64,000 bases of DNA, from positions 23,309 through 87,308 of the forward strand of contig CAYFRT010000001.1 of the NCBI GenBank assembly GCA_964345585.1. The letters are read 5' to 3'. Both the position numbers and the translations under genes were made by a program. The notes under the pieces were generated by a model, which saw only the letters and a program-made list of their open reading frames with translations, had not been told where the DNA came from and ran no database searches. Source of the stretch: an uncultured Actinomyces sp. GTDB taxonomy: Bacteria > Actinomycetota > Actinomycetes > Actinomycetales > Actinomycetaceae. This document shows positions 48,785 to 57,865 of the stretch, piece after piece (positions within the stretch are counted from its first letter, which is position 1; each line of letters opens with the position of its first letter).

Positions 48785-49453
48785 GTGCAAAGAGTCTCTG
48801 GAAAAGTTCGTCCGCCAGTACGGGTGATGATCATTGATGATCATGAGATCGTCCGACGCGGTATCGCTGAAGTTGTTGACCGTGATCAAAGACTTGAGGT
48901 TGTTGCTGAGGCAGCATCCGTGGAGGATGCGGTTCGACGCGCGAACCTTGTGACACCCGACGTGCTACTGGTTGATCTTCAGTTGCCCGATGGTACCGGC
49001 ATCGATGTGATGAAGCGGGTCCGGGAGGACCTTCCATCCGCGAAGATGATTGTGCTCACTACGTTCGATGACGATGAAGCGCTGGCGGAGTCTCTTGAAG
49101 CTGGCGCGCAGGCGTACGTCCTCAAAACGATTCGAGGGGCGGAGATCAACGACATCATTCACGCGGTTTCTGAGGGCCGGGTGCTCCTTGACGAGCGCAC
49201 AGTTACCCGCCGCCGCGCGGAATCCAACGACCCGACCGCTACTTTGACCCCGTCAGAGCGCAAAGTTTTAGGGCTGATTGGTGATGGTCTTTCGAATAGG
49301 GAGATTGGCGAGAAGTTGGGGATTGCGGAGAAGACCGTAAAGAACCACATCACCTCGCTGCTTGCCAAAATGGGGCTCCAGAGAAGAACTCAAGTGGCGG
49401 CTTGGGTGGCTTCGCAACGCTCATCCCCTTGGCGCAGCGGGGAGCAGAACTAA
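48785..49453 (+). CDS. NarL/LuxR-family response regulator, DosR/DevR-like
   Basis: 222 aa. The REC domain (VMIIDDHEIVRRGI..LVDLQLPDGTGIDV) and HTH domain (LTPSERKVLGLIGDGLSNREIGEKLGIAEKTVKNHITSLLAKMGLQRRTQVAAW) closely parallel M. tuberculosis DosR from memory. The start is ambiguous among GTG 48785, GTG 48824 and ATG 48827. Confidence 0.85.
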   Translation: MQRVSGKVRPPVRVMIIDDHEIVRRGIAEVVDRDQRLEVVAEAASVEDAVRRANLVTPDVLLVDLQLPDGTGIDVMKRVREDLPSAKMIVLTTFDDDEALAESLEAGAQAYVLKTIRGAEINDIIHAVSEGRVLLDERTVTRRRAESNDPTATLTPSERKVLGLIGDGLSNREIGEKLGIAEKTVKNHITSLLAKMGLQRRTQVAAWVASQRSSPWRSGEQN

Positions 49454-49491
49454 CCCGCTGCTGGTTGCTGGGTTTGCGAGTTGCTGAGTTT

Positions 49492-50697
49492 CTACTGAAG
49501 TGGGGCGCGCCAGACTAGTGAAGTTCCGCGGCCCCGCGGACCGGCACCAACGCCGAAACTTCCTTTGCGAAGTGAGGCACGTCTTTGCATGTTAGACAAC
49601 CCTGAATGGCGCATCCGGCCCGGGTCCACTCCGGCCCCGTCGTCCAAAATGCTGACCACGATTTCCCCGCTACGCCCCTCGCCATGGATCTCCACAGAGA
49701 CCTGCACGGAACTTGCGTTCGCGTGGCGTGCCACATTTGTGAGCGCTTCTTTCACTACTGCGACAACGTCGTCTGCTAGCTCCTCGTTCACCCTCCGTTC
49801 CACCTCTTGGGCAGCGGCGGGACTTTGATCAACTTCGATTGTGTAGGTGGGGGCGAATCCTAGGTGTCCTCGGCTCATTGACGCTTCGCTGCGGAGACGA
49901 TCCACTAGCCCGCTTGGCTGGTCCACTCCCTGCAAGCCGTAAACGATCTGGCGGATCTGTGCGACGGAACGGTCAAGGAACTCCAGTGCCTGTTCGATTT
50001 CTTGGTCGAGGTCGAGTCGGGATATCCCCTCGGCGCTCTTCCTACGTAGTCCCTGCAAGGCCATGCCGGCCGCAAACAGATCCTGTATCGCCAGGTCGTG
50101 GAGGTCTCTTGCAACTCTCTCGCGTTCTTCCTGCACCTCCGCGGAGAGCCGTATTTCCAAGGACCCAACCAGTTCTAATAGGAGGGCTGCCTGCGCGGTA
50201 AAAACGGTGGCGGGCAATAGGTCGCTATTTGGAAACTGGGCCGAAGCCGCGTCTTTCCAAAGGACCAAACAGCCCTCCAGGGCACCGCGCATGAGGATCG
50301 GAACGTAGAGGACAGGGCCTGAAATGCCGAGAACCACGGACCACGAATTGGGTGAGGGAGTCCCAGTATCGGGGAACTCAGCTTCACCAGGATTGGGTGC
50401 CTTAAGTGCCTGCCCCTGAGTGAGGGCGCCTAAGAACTGGGGGGAGGGTGTCCCAAAGGTCACGCCCAGTGGGGAGGCGAGGAGGGCGGGGGCAGCAGCG
50501 ACTTCGTACGAAGATTCGCACAGCCATTGTCCGCCAAATGAGGAGAGGAAAACCAAAGAGCCGTCAGCCCCAGCAGCGGTGCAAGCCGCCTTGGAAATTG
50601 TTTGAACCGTGTCTTCCGCATCGTCGTCACTGGAGGCACTATCCGATAGCTCGCGTAGTGCCGCTAGCCAACCACCTTGTGAAGGATCAGCGGTCAT
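49492..50697 (-). CDS. Soluble GAF-domain sensor histidine kinase (HisKA_3/HATPase; DosS/DevS-like)
   Basis: No TM segment. An N-terminal ~190 aa GAF-like region, then the H-box ERERVARDLHDLAIQDLFAAG and the HATPase motifs EALTNVARHA, LDDGAGV and GLSNMQRRA. ATG 50697 forms an ATGA overlap with the cydC stop. An alternative ATG at 50715 would also overlap cydC. Confidence 0.85.
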   Translation of the reverse strand: MTADPSQGGWLAALRELSDSASSDDDAEDTVQTISKAACTAAGADGSLVFLSSFGGQWLCESSYEVAAAPALLASPLGVTFGTPSPQFLGALTQGQALKAPNPGEAEFPDTGTPSPNSWSVVLGISGPVLYVPILMRGALEGCLVLWKDAASAQFPNSDLLPATVFTAQAALLLELVGSLEIRLSAEVQEERERVARDLHDLAIQDLFAAGMALQGLRRKSAEGISRLDLDQEIEQALEFLDRSVAQIRQIVYGLQGVDQPSGLVDRLRSEASMSRGHLGFAPTYTIEVDQSPAAAQEVERRVNEELADDVVAVVKEALTNVARHANASSVQVSVEIHGEGRSGEIVVSILDDGAGVDPGRMRHSGLSNMQRRASLRKGSFGVGAGPRGRGTSLVWRAPLQ

Positions 50698-52472
50698 TCT
50701 TGGTCCTGAGCCCATTTGTAGGACGCCTCCGATGCCAACAACTGTTGGTGCGTACCCGACGCGGTCACTTTGGCTGGGTGCTCGCTGTTCTGGTCCTCCT
50801 CGTCCCGACCGATCCGCAGCACGTAGTCGGCATCCCGCAGGCTCGAGAGTCGGTGGGTGACCACGACGATGCCCCGGTTAGATCCGGACCCCTGGAAGAG
50901 TTGCTGAAGCACAGCGTCTGCTGTCTCGGCGTCCAGGTGCTCCCCGGGCTCATCTAGGAGAAGCAGGGGAGCGGGCGAAGCGAGGGCACGCGCCAACAAC
51001 AGTCGCCTGCGCTCCCCACCGGAGATTGTGGTTGCCCCCACCCCAAGCATGGTGTGTAAGCCGTTTGGTAAGCCCTTGACCCAGGGCCCGAGACCGACCT
51101 GTTCCAGGAGCTCCTCGGCCTCCTCCTCACTCACGTCGGCCCTGGCAACGCGGATGTTTTCAACGACCGTGGTGGCGAAGACGTGAGCGTCCTCTGTTGT
51201 CAATGAGACATAGGACGCGACCTGCTGACGTTCTGCACCCCAAAGAGGTGCGCCGTTCAGGTTGGCTTCCCCATGCTTGGGTTCTAGCATTCCAGCCAGC
51301 GTGTATAGCAGCGTCGACTTTCCGATCCCGGATGGCCCGACAATTGCGATAACCTGCCCGGGCTCCAATTTCAGGTTCACACCTTCCAAAGTGGTGGGGC
51401 GCCCAGGCCAGCCAACGCTGAGGTCTTTTGCGACAAGTGCGGGTCGCCCTTCAGCGGGGGCGGGGACATCGTGGGTTGGTTGGGCTTTGGTTTCTTCAGG
51501 TCCGAGGAGATCTGTGATCCTCTCGGCTGCACGCGCTGACTTGATCATCTGGACCGCGGCTCCTCCAAGGTCCGCAGTGCCTTCAAACGCGGCTAGCGGC
51601 GTCAAGACAAGTACGGCCAGGGCTACAGCCGCCACCATCCCGGCGTTTGTTTCGGGGATGGCAACTATCATCACGCCGATCACGGTGGCACCCATCGCGA
51701 ACTTATCTAGTGCCGCGGCAAACGCCATCGGTTGGGCCGCTTTGCGGCGTGCTCGGTTCAGTCGTTCCGAGATGGTGTTAACCCGCCCGTATTCCGTGGC
51801 GAGGCGCCCATTGATCGCCAACTCGTCCGCCGATTCCAGCACGGAAAGCGAAGTGACGGAGAGGTCCTGATGGGCGGCTTGTTCCAGGGCCTCGGCTTCC
51901 CGTGCGGCCTTCGCCATGAGCATCGGTGCCAGGATGCCAGACACGGCAAGCCCCAAGGCGACGACGATCGCCGCTGGGACTGACAGGAAAGCGAATCCCA
52001 CTACTGTTCCCACGCCGACCACTGCGGCGACTGTGAACGGCAGGAGAGACTTCACCACATAGTCACCCACCGCGTCGATATCCGCCCCGATTCGTGCAAG
52101 CAGGTCGCCTCTTTGCAGCCGGGCAACTTGGTCGATTGGCCCCTCCATCAGGCCGTCGTAGACGCTTAAACGGAGAGAGTCCATGCCCCCCAATGCAACT
52201 TTGTGGCTGGCTATGCGTTGCATATAGCGCAGGAGAGCTCGCAGGACGCCGAACATACGCACGGCTGTCGCAGCAACGGAAAGCACTAGAACGGGTGGCA
52301 TTTGTGATGCTCTGGCAATCAGCCATGCCGACACTGCGGCGAGGCCTATCGCTGATCCCAGCGTGGCTGCCCCGTAAACAACGGACATGAGGAACCCGCC
52401 CGTGTTGAGGCCAAGCATTTTCACCACGCGACGTAGAGCGCGCTGTTCACCTGGGGTGAGGAACCATCTCAT
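50694..52472 (-). CDS. cydC: Thiol-reductant ABC exporter subunit CydC
   Basis: 592 aa. Six TM helices plus an NBD (GPSGIGKST, LSGGERRRLLLARAL, LLLDEPGEHLD). It is the second of two ABC genes after cydAB. Confidence 0.85.
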   Translation of the reverse strand: MRWFLTPGEQRALRRVVKMLGLNTGGFLMSVVYGAATLGSAIGLAAVSAWLIARASQMPPVLVLSVAATAVRMFGVLRALLRYMQRIASHKVALGGMDSLRLSVYDGLMEGPIDQVARLQRGDLLARIGADIDAVGDYVVKSLLPFTVAAVVGVGTVVGFAFLSVPAAIVVALGLAVSGILAPMLMAKAAREAEALEQAAHQDLSVTSLSVLESADELAINGRLATEYGRVNTISERLNRARRKAAQPMAFAAALDKFAMGATVIGVMIVAIPETNAGMVAAVALAVLVLTPLAAFEGTADLGGAAVQMIKSARAAERITDLLGPEETKAQPTHDVPAPAEGRPALVAKDLSVGWPGRPTTLEGVNLKLEPGQVIAIVGPSGIGKSTLLYTLAGMLEPKHGEANLNGAPLWGAERQQVASYVSLTTEDAHVFATTVVENIRVARADVSEEEAEELLEQVGLGPWVKGLPNGLHTMLGVGATTISGGERRRLLLARALASPAPLLLLDEPGEHLDAETADAVLQQLFQGSGSNRGIVVVTHRLSSLRDADYVLRIGRDEEDQNSEHPAKVTASGTHQQLLASEASYKWAQDQE

Positions 52473-54400
52473 TTGTCTGCGCTCCTCTCTTCGGTGTCCG
52501 TCAAGGCTGATGCTTCAGCCTCCAGCTTCGCTGGGCTGGCGCTACCTGCCGCGACTACGGCACCTTCAACCCCGGACTGGGTTGCTTGAATCTCAGAAAT
52601 CACGGAGGGGTCGAGGAACGAGGGCATGTCCCCACTCAGATCCTCAAGTTCGAAATCATCCGCAAGTTGCGGATACTTTGAGAGCTCCTCATCGGTGGCG
52701 GCCCGGGATTCGACTACCAGGACGTTGTCTGCGGTTCGCACAACCGCCGAACGGTGAGCGATCACTAGGACCGTTGTGCCTGCCCGTCGGAGTTCTTCGA
52801 TCACTGACACCACTTGGTCTTCACTGACTGCGTCTAAGTGTGCGGTGGGTTCATCAAGCACCAGGAGAGAGGGCAGATCGAGGAGAGCCCGAGTAAGAGC
52901 CAATCGTTGCCGCTGCCCCAGAGAGAGCCCCACGCCGCCGGACCCGATTTCAGTGGCCCACGCTTTCGGCAGAGATTTTACGACGACGTCGAATCCTGTG
53001 GCTGATGCAGCCCGTTGCAGGTTGGGGTCGGATTCAACCACGGAACCATCCGGCGCGATATTGCTCAAGACGGATCCGGGAACGATGGTTGGGTGCTGGG
53101 GAATCCACGAGATGTCCCGCCACCACGCTTCCCTGTCGAAACTACTTATGGGGGTGAGAACACCGTTCTTGTCTTCTGCCAAGATTTGTCCGCGGGTTGC
53201 TGGTTCGAAACCCAACAGCACTTGGACAGTCGTAGATTTGCCCGCACCCGAGGGGCCCACCAGAGCCGTTATTTGTCCGGGTTCGATGGTTCCGTGAAGG
53301 TCAGCAGGTGCCCAACTCCCACGGGAAGCGACATAGAGGTTTTCGACCCGGATCGCTGATTTTCCGGCGGGGGAAGGGATGACGTCGCCGCTTTCAGGTT
53401 CGGGGGCTTCAAGGATGGCGAAGCATTGTTCAGCGGCCGCGACCCCATTGGAGGAGGCATGGAACTGTGTTCCCACGTGTCGGAGCGGATCAAACACTTC
53501 CGGGGCCAGCATGATGATTACAAGTCCCACAAACAGCCCCAATTGGCCACCTACCATCCGCATGCCGACTTCAACAGCGACCAAAGCGACTGAGAGTGTT
53601 GCTAAGAATTCCAGAACGCCCCCCGAGAGGAACGCCACTCTCAGGGTTTGCATCGTCGTTCTGGTGTTCTGCCGGGACAGGCGAATCAGGTGCTCCCTTG
53701 GCCCCTTTTCACGTCCCAGCGCGCGAAGCGTGGGGAGTCCCGTGAGCAGGTCGAGGAGTTGAGAGCCCAAGCGTTCCATTGCGACCAATTTCTTGGAAGA
53801 GAAGCTCTGCGTCATCCGACCGATCAAGCTCATGAATAGAGGGATCAGAGGAACAGCGAGGAGCGCTATCAAAGCAGACCAGAAATCGAGCGTCAATATG
53901 GCAATGAGCGTCAGTGGAGTAACGGTTGCAGCCAGCAGCAACTGGGGGAGGAAATCGACAAAGTATGGGCCAAGATCCTCAAGTCCGCGCGTGACCAAGG
54001 TTGCGGTTTCAGAGCCGTTACGAGCACGCCACCGCGGCCCCATCCTCACAGATTTCTCAATTACCTTTGAACGTAGTTCAGCGATTGCTTGGTCCGCGGC
54101 TTTGTGAGCGCGGGCCTGCCTCACATAGACAACAACAGCGCGTAAAACGACCACCAGCGCAAGGATGCCAATCGTAGGAAGGACCGCGCGTAGAGGTTCA
54201 CCACCGGTCACAACCGGGGTCAGAGCAGCAGAGATTAGGAATGCCTGCGCAATCACAAGGGCTGCCGTGAGAAGGCCCAACAGCGCAATCTCGAATATGT
54301 AACGCTTGGCGGCCTTTGCGTAGTGCAGGAGACGAGGATCGAGGGGTTTCACTCGTTCATTGTTCCAGATCCGGTGAAGTGTGTGCGAGCGTGACTTCAC
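52469..54400 (-). CDS. cydD: Thiol-reductant ABC exporter subunit CydD (with an acidic C-terminal extension)
   Basis: 643 aa. LDPRLLHYAKAAKRY.. then the TMD, and an NBD (GPSGAGKST, LSLGQRQRLALTRAL, LVLDEPTAHLD). ATGA-type overlap with cydC. The start is uncertain: GTG 54400 or the downstream GTG for VKPLDPRLL. Confidence 0.85.
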   Translation of the reverse strand: MKSRSHTLHRIWNNERVKPLDPRLLHYAKAAKRYIFEIALLGLLTAALVIAQAFLISAALTPVVTGGEPLRAVLPTIGILALVVVLRAVVVYVRQARAHKAADQAIAELRSKVIEKSVRMGPRWRARNGSETATLVTRGLEDLGPYFVDFLPQLLLAATVTPLTLIAILTLDFWSALIALLAVPLIPLFMSLIGRMTQSFSSKKLVAMERLGSQLLDLLTGLPTLRALGREKGPREHLIRLSRQNTRTTMQTLRVAFLSGGVLEFLATLSVALVAVEVGMRMVGGQLGLFVGLVIIMLAPEVFDPLRHVGTQFHASSNGVAAAEQCFAILEAPEPESGDVIPSPAGKSAIRVENLYVASRGSWAPADLHGTIEPGQITALVGPSGAGKSTTVQVLLGFEPATRGQILAEDKNGVLTPISSFDREAWWRDISWIPQHPTIVPGSVLSNIAPDGSVVESDPNLQRAASATGFDVVVKSLPKAWATEIGSGGVGLSLGQRQRLALTRALLDLPSLLVLDEPTAHLDAVSEDQVVSVIEELRRAGTTVLVIAHRSAVVRTADNVLVVESRAATDEELSKYPQLADDFELEDLSGDMPSFLDPSVISEIQATQSGVEGAVVAAGSASPAKLEAEASALTDTEERSADK

Positions 54401-54800
54401 TTCAGCTGCCCGCGCAAACAGAAAGTTTTGGTTGGCGGTTCCGTCTGCAGTGAGCTGTTCGTTGCGCGCCAGGCTGGTTGTGAGTCAGCTGGTTGGCGTG
54501 GGATTGGTGTCTATGACTGTTTCGCTGGGTTTAACTGCGGACGAGATTACGGGGTGCGTTCGTAAGTGCTTGCGTGTGCCTTTTGGCTCGAAGTGGCCAG
54601 TGGTTGTGGCTCAGGGATTGGCCACTGACTGAGATCCCCGCACACCTTCGTCATAACCACACTTGTCTTCAGTCTATTAAGGACGGTCGAGGAAGACTGT
54701 GACGCTTCATTGACAGTTGCTGTAGGACCTCGCGCAATACGGCTCAACCACCGGTGCCTATCCCAAGATCACCAGCAGGGGGCACCCGCCTTGTTTCACC

Positions 54801-54936
54801 ACACTGTTCCGTGTCCCTGATGTGGTTCCCGGAGCTTTCCGTGCCACCGTTTAGGAGCATTACCTATTCATAACAGGCACATCAGGGACAGGGGAGCACG
54901 CCAGGGACACGGAAGCGCATCAGGGACAGGGAAGCG
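54801..54936. repeat. Non-coding repeat module, copy B (arm - conserved core - 3 x 19-bp units)
   Basis: It has the same core and spacing as 41411-41490. The left arm is TTCCGTGTCCCTGATGTG (54807-54824). Three tandem 19-nt units lie at 54880-54898, 54899-54917 and 54918-54936, each containing GGGACA. CACATCAGGGACA (54878-54890) and CAGGGACACGGAA (54902-54914) are exact reverse complements of parts of the left arm. Confidence 0.8.
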
Positions 54937-55041
54937 CCCCACTGGCTCGAAACAGGTCGGCAACCGATGATCAGAGAACAAACAGAACAGGGCTGAAGTG
55001 ACTCACTCGCGAAAAGATCGTTCACAAGAAGTTGGGGATAA

Positions 55042-55079
55042 GAAAAGGTGTGGGACAACCTTGGAGGTTGTCCCACACC
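55042..55079 (-). terminator. Rho-independent terminator of cydAB
   Basis: The perfect 14-15 bp stem GGTGTGGGACAACC(T)/(A)GGTTGTCCCACACC is followed on the minus strand by TTTTCTTATC. It lies 45 nt after the cydB stop. Confidence 0.85.
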
Positions 55080-55123
55080 TAATCACTTATGAGCCTGTTT
55101 GTTCCGGGCTCAGTACGTCGTCC

Positions 55124-56281
55124 CTACGCCTGCTTCCCGGTGAGGAAGTTGGCGTTCACGCGCACTGAGTCAGGTAGCAAGCCTGTGGAGTTGTCGACAT
55201 CGTCGGGGTCGATCCTGCGCCGGAAGACCCAGTAGGACCAGATCGTGTACGCAATGACCACAGGAACCAGCAGCACCGCGACCCAGGTCATTACGACCAA
55301 GGTTGAGTGCGTTGAAGATGCCCAGTCGATTGTCAGCGAATAAGCCGGATCGATGGCCGACTTCATTACGTATGGAGCCATCGAGCTGAACACCCAGGCC
55401 ACCGCCGACACGATGCCGATGGAGGAGAAGGTGAACGCCCAGCCTTCCTTGGCGATGCTCTTTTGTGCGTTGATCGTCGCGAGCACCAAAGCCACGGCTG
55501 CGATAATCAGCGGGATCCACGACCAGTTGTTGGTGGAGTAAGCAAGCTGACCCCACAGGACCCAGCCGGCTGCCAAAACCGTAGCCACGATTGAGGCGGG
55601 GCCACCGATAGCAACTGCGCGTTCCCGAAGTTCTCCCGTGGTCTTCAAACCCAGGAACTGTGCTCCGTGAGCGAAGCAGACCGCCACTATGGTGATTCCA
55701 CCAAAGATGGTGTACCAGGTGAACAGCGACCAGAACCCGCCGGTCAAGTTGAACACGGTGAATCCGTCGGTCAGTTGGCCAGCCACCTGGTCTGCGGGGA
55801 TCTCTGTCATAACCAGTGAACCGTCGACGACGGCTGAGGTCTGAGCCTCAATTTTCATTCCCTGAACCAGGTTGGAGAAAGCAACTCCAAGGATCAAAGG
55901 AACGCCGTAGGCCGAGATGGTGTGGACTGTGTCCCAGGTGTTCCGCCACTTATCAGTGTTGATCTTCGAGCGCCATTCGATCGCCACAATTCGAACGATC
56001 AGCAGCACCAGAAGAAGGAACAGTGCAAAGTACATGCCGGAGAACATGGTCGCGTACCACAGCGGCATCGCAGCAAAGGTGGCGCCGCCGGCAGTTAGTA
56101 GCCAGACCTCATTGCCATCCCAGTGGGGGCCGATGGTCCGGACCATCGCCGTACGGTCTTTGCCGTTGCGGCCCATGATGGGAAGCAACATGCCTACGCC
56201 GAAGTCGAAACCTTCCAGGACCAAGTAGACGGCCCACAGGACTCCGATGAGGATGAACCAGAGAATACTTAGAAACATCAT
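55124..56281 (-). CDS. cydB: Cytochrome bd oxidase subunit II
   Basis: 385 aa, multi-TM. The N-terminus FILIGVLWAVYLVLEGFDFGVGMLLP is typical of CydB. Confidence 0.95.
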   Translation of the reverse strand: MMFLSILWFILIGVLWAVYLVLEGFDFGVGMLLPIMGRNGKDRTAMVRTIGPHWDGNEVWLLTAGGATFAAMPLWYATMFSGMYFALFLLLVLLIVRIVAIEWRSKINTDKWRNTWDTVHTISAYGVPLILGVAFSNLVQGMKIEAQTSAVVDGSLVMTEIPADQVAGQLTDGFTVFNLTGGFWSLFTWYTIFGGITIVAVCFAHGAQFLGLKTTGELRERAVAIGGPASIVATVLAAGWVLWGQLAYSTNNWSWIPLIIAAVALVLATINAQKSIAKEGWAFTFSSIGIVSAVAWVFSSMAPYVMKSAIDPAYSLTIDWASSTHSTLVVMTWVAVLLVPVVIAYTIWSYWVFRRRIDPDDVDNSTGLLPDSVRVNANFLTGKQA

Positions 56282-56296
56282 TTGAGGTTCTCCTTA

Positions 56297-57865
56297 TCAG
56301 TAACCAAAGTTGAGGGCTTGAGCTTCAGCTTCGTCACGCAACTTGGGGTTGCTTGAATCCAGGTTTTCATCAGTTGGATCATGCATCCCCTCCCTCACGT
56401 AACGCCGCATCAATATCACCCAGACGACGCCCAGCGCACCGTAGAGAACGGTGAACAGGATCATCGATAGGAGCATATATATGGGGCTAACCGCGGTGGA
56501 GATACCAACTTCGGTGAGCTGCACCACCGACCCTAATGGGTCCCCGTTTTGCAATGCTGCAATATTCGGGTAAACCACGAATGGTTGGCGGCCCATCTCT
56601 GTGAAGATCCATCCGAAGGACACCCCTAAGTAAGGCGTAAGAATGGACGCAATCGCGTACCTGCCTAGCCAGACGCCCGTCGGTATTCGGCCCCCACGCA
56701 TTGCGTAAAGTGCCCAGAATGCGAGGAGCACTGGGAAGAGAATCATTCCGATCATCAACCGGAATGTCCAGAACACTGGCTCTTGAATTGGACGGAAGTC
56801 ATAGTCGGCCGCGTCGCCGTACTTCGCTACGAAGTCCGCGTTGTTGTTCAGCAGCTCGACCAGCTGCGCTTGTGCTCCCTGAACACCCATCTCTTCAGAA
56901 GTGAAGGAGTTGGATGCCATAAATGAGGCGACTCCAGGCACGGTAATGATCCGCATCGGCCCTCCGTCGCCCTCAAGTGGACAAGAGCCGAAGGCAGCAA
57001 CGGTGAACGCTGCGCCTTCTGTATCGACGCAGATAGCTTCTGCCGCAGCCATCTTCATTGGTTGCAAGCGAACCATCTCTTGACCTTGAAGGTGACCGGT
57101 CCCGCCGACCCCAATTGCGCCAATGAAGATGACCCAGATGCCAAACATCGTGATTGGGCGCCACACTTCACGGGCTTCCTTCATGCCCGCTTCGCCGCCC
57201 TCACGTGCTGCGCGCGTCATCCACCAGATGGCAATGCCGGCGATGAATGTGCCCGCAAGTAGCCACGCGGAGGTCACGACGTGCGTGAACCCCCAGAAGA
57301 GAACGGGGTTAACAATCAGTTGGAAGAATCCTCCGACGCCATCGAGTTCGGCGCGACCCGTTTCCGGGTTGAAGATGGTTCCCACGGGGTGCTGCATCCA
57401 AGAGTTGGCTGCAAGAATCCATAGGGCAGAGAGGTTCACGCCGATTGTGACCAACCAGATCATTGCCAGGTGAACGCCCTTCGACAGGCGCCCCCAACCA
57501 AAGATCCACAGGCCCAAGAATGTGGATTCCATAAAGAATGCGAGCAGAGCTTCAATCGCCAGTGGCGCACCGAAGATGTCGCCAACGTAGCGAGAGTATT
57601 CGGACCAGTTCATGCCGAACTGGAATTCCTGCACGATGCCTGTGGCGACGCCCAGAGCAAAGTTGATGAGGAAAAGTTTTCCGAAGAAGCGGGTGGCTTT
57701 CAGCCATGTTTCGTTCCCCGAGCGTTGCCACATCGATTGCATGATTGCAACGCACAGAGAAAGTCCGATGGTCAATGGCACCAGTAGGAAGTGGTAGACG
57801 GTGGTGATACCGAACTGCCACCTTCCAAGCAGAACTGGATCCAGAGCCGTCGTCAAGACGTTCAT
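56297..57865 (-). CDS. cydA: Cytochrome bd oxidase subunit I
   Basis: 522 aa. LGRWQFGITTVYHFLLVPLTIGL, the Q-loop region and GWIFTEMGRQPFVV. Confidence 0.95.
   Translation of the reverse strand: MNVLTTALDPVLLGRWQFGITTVYHFLLVPLTIGLSLCVAIMQSMWQRSGNETWLKATRFFGKLFLINFALGVATGIVQEFQFGMNWSEYSRYVGDIFGAPLAIEALLAFFMESTFLGLWIFGWGRLSKGVHLAMIWLVTIGVNLSALWILAANSWMQHPVGTIFNPETGRAELDGVGGFFQLIVNPVLFWGFTHVVTSAWLLAGTFIAGIAIWWMTRAAREGGEAGMKEAREVWRPITMFGIWVIFIGAIGVGGTGHLQGQEMVRLQPMKMAAAEAICVDTEGAAFTVAAFGSCPLEGDGGPMRIITVPGVASFMASNSFTSEEMGVQGAQAQLVELLNNNADFVAKYGDAADYDFRPIQEPVFWTFRLMIGMILFPVLLAFWALYAMRGGRIPTGVWLGRYAIASILTPYLGVSFGWIFTEMGRQPFVVYPNIAALQNGDPLGSVVQLTEVGISTAVSPIYMLLSMILFTVLYGALGVVWVILMRRYVREGMHDPTDENLDSSNPKLRDEAEAQALNFGY

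Noticed and set aside
54880-54936. The 19-bp tandem units (and 41492-41526) considered as a CRISPR array.
   Set aside because: The units abut each other with no spacers. There are only 2-3 units, they are 19 nt long, and no cas genes are present in the window.
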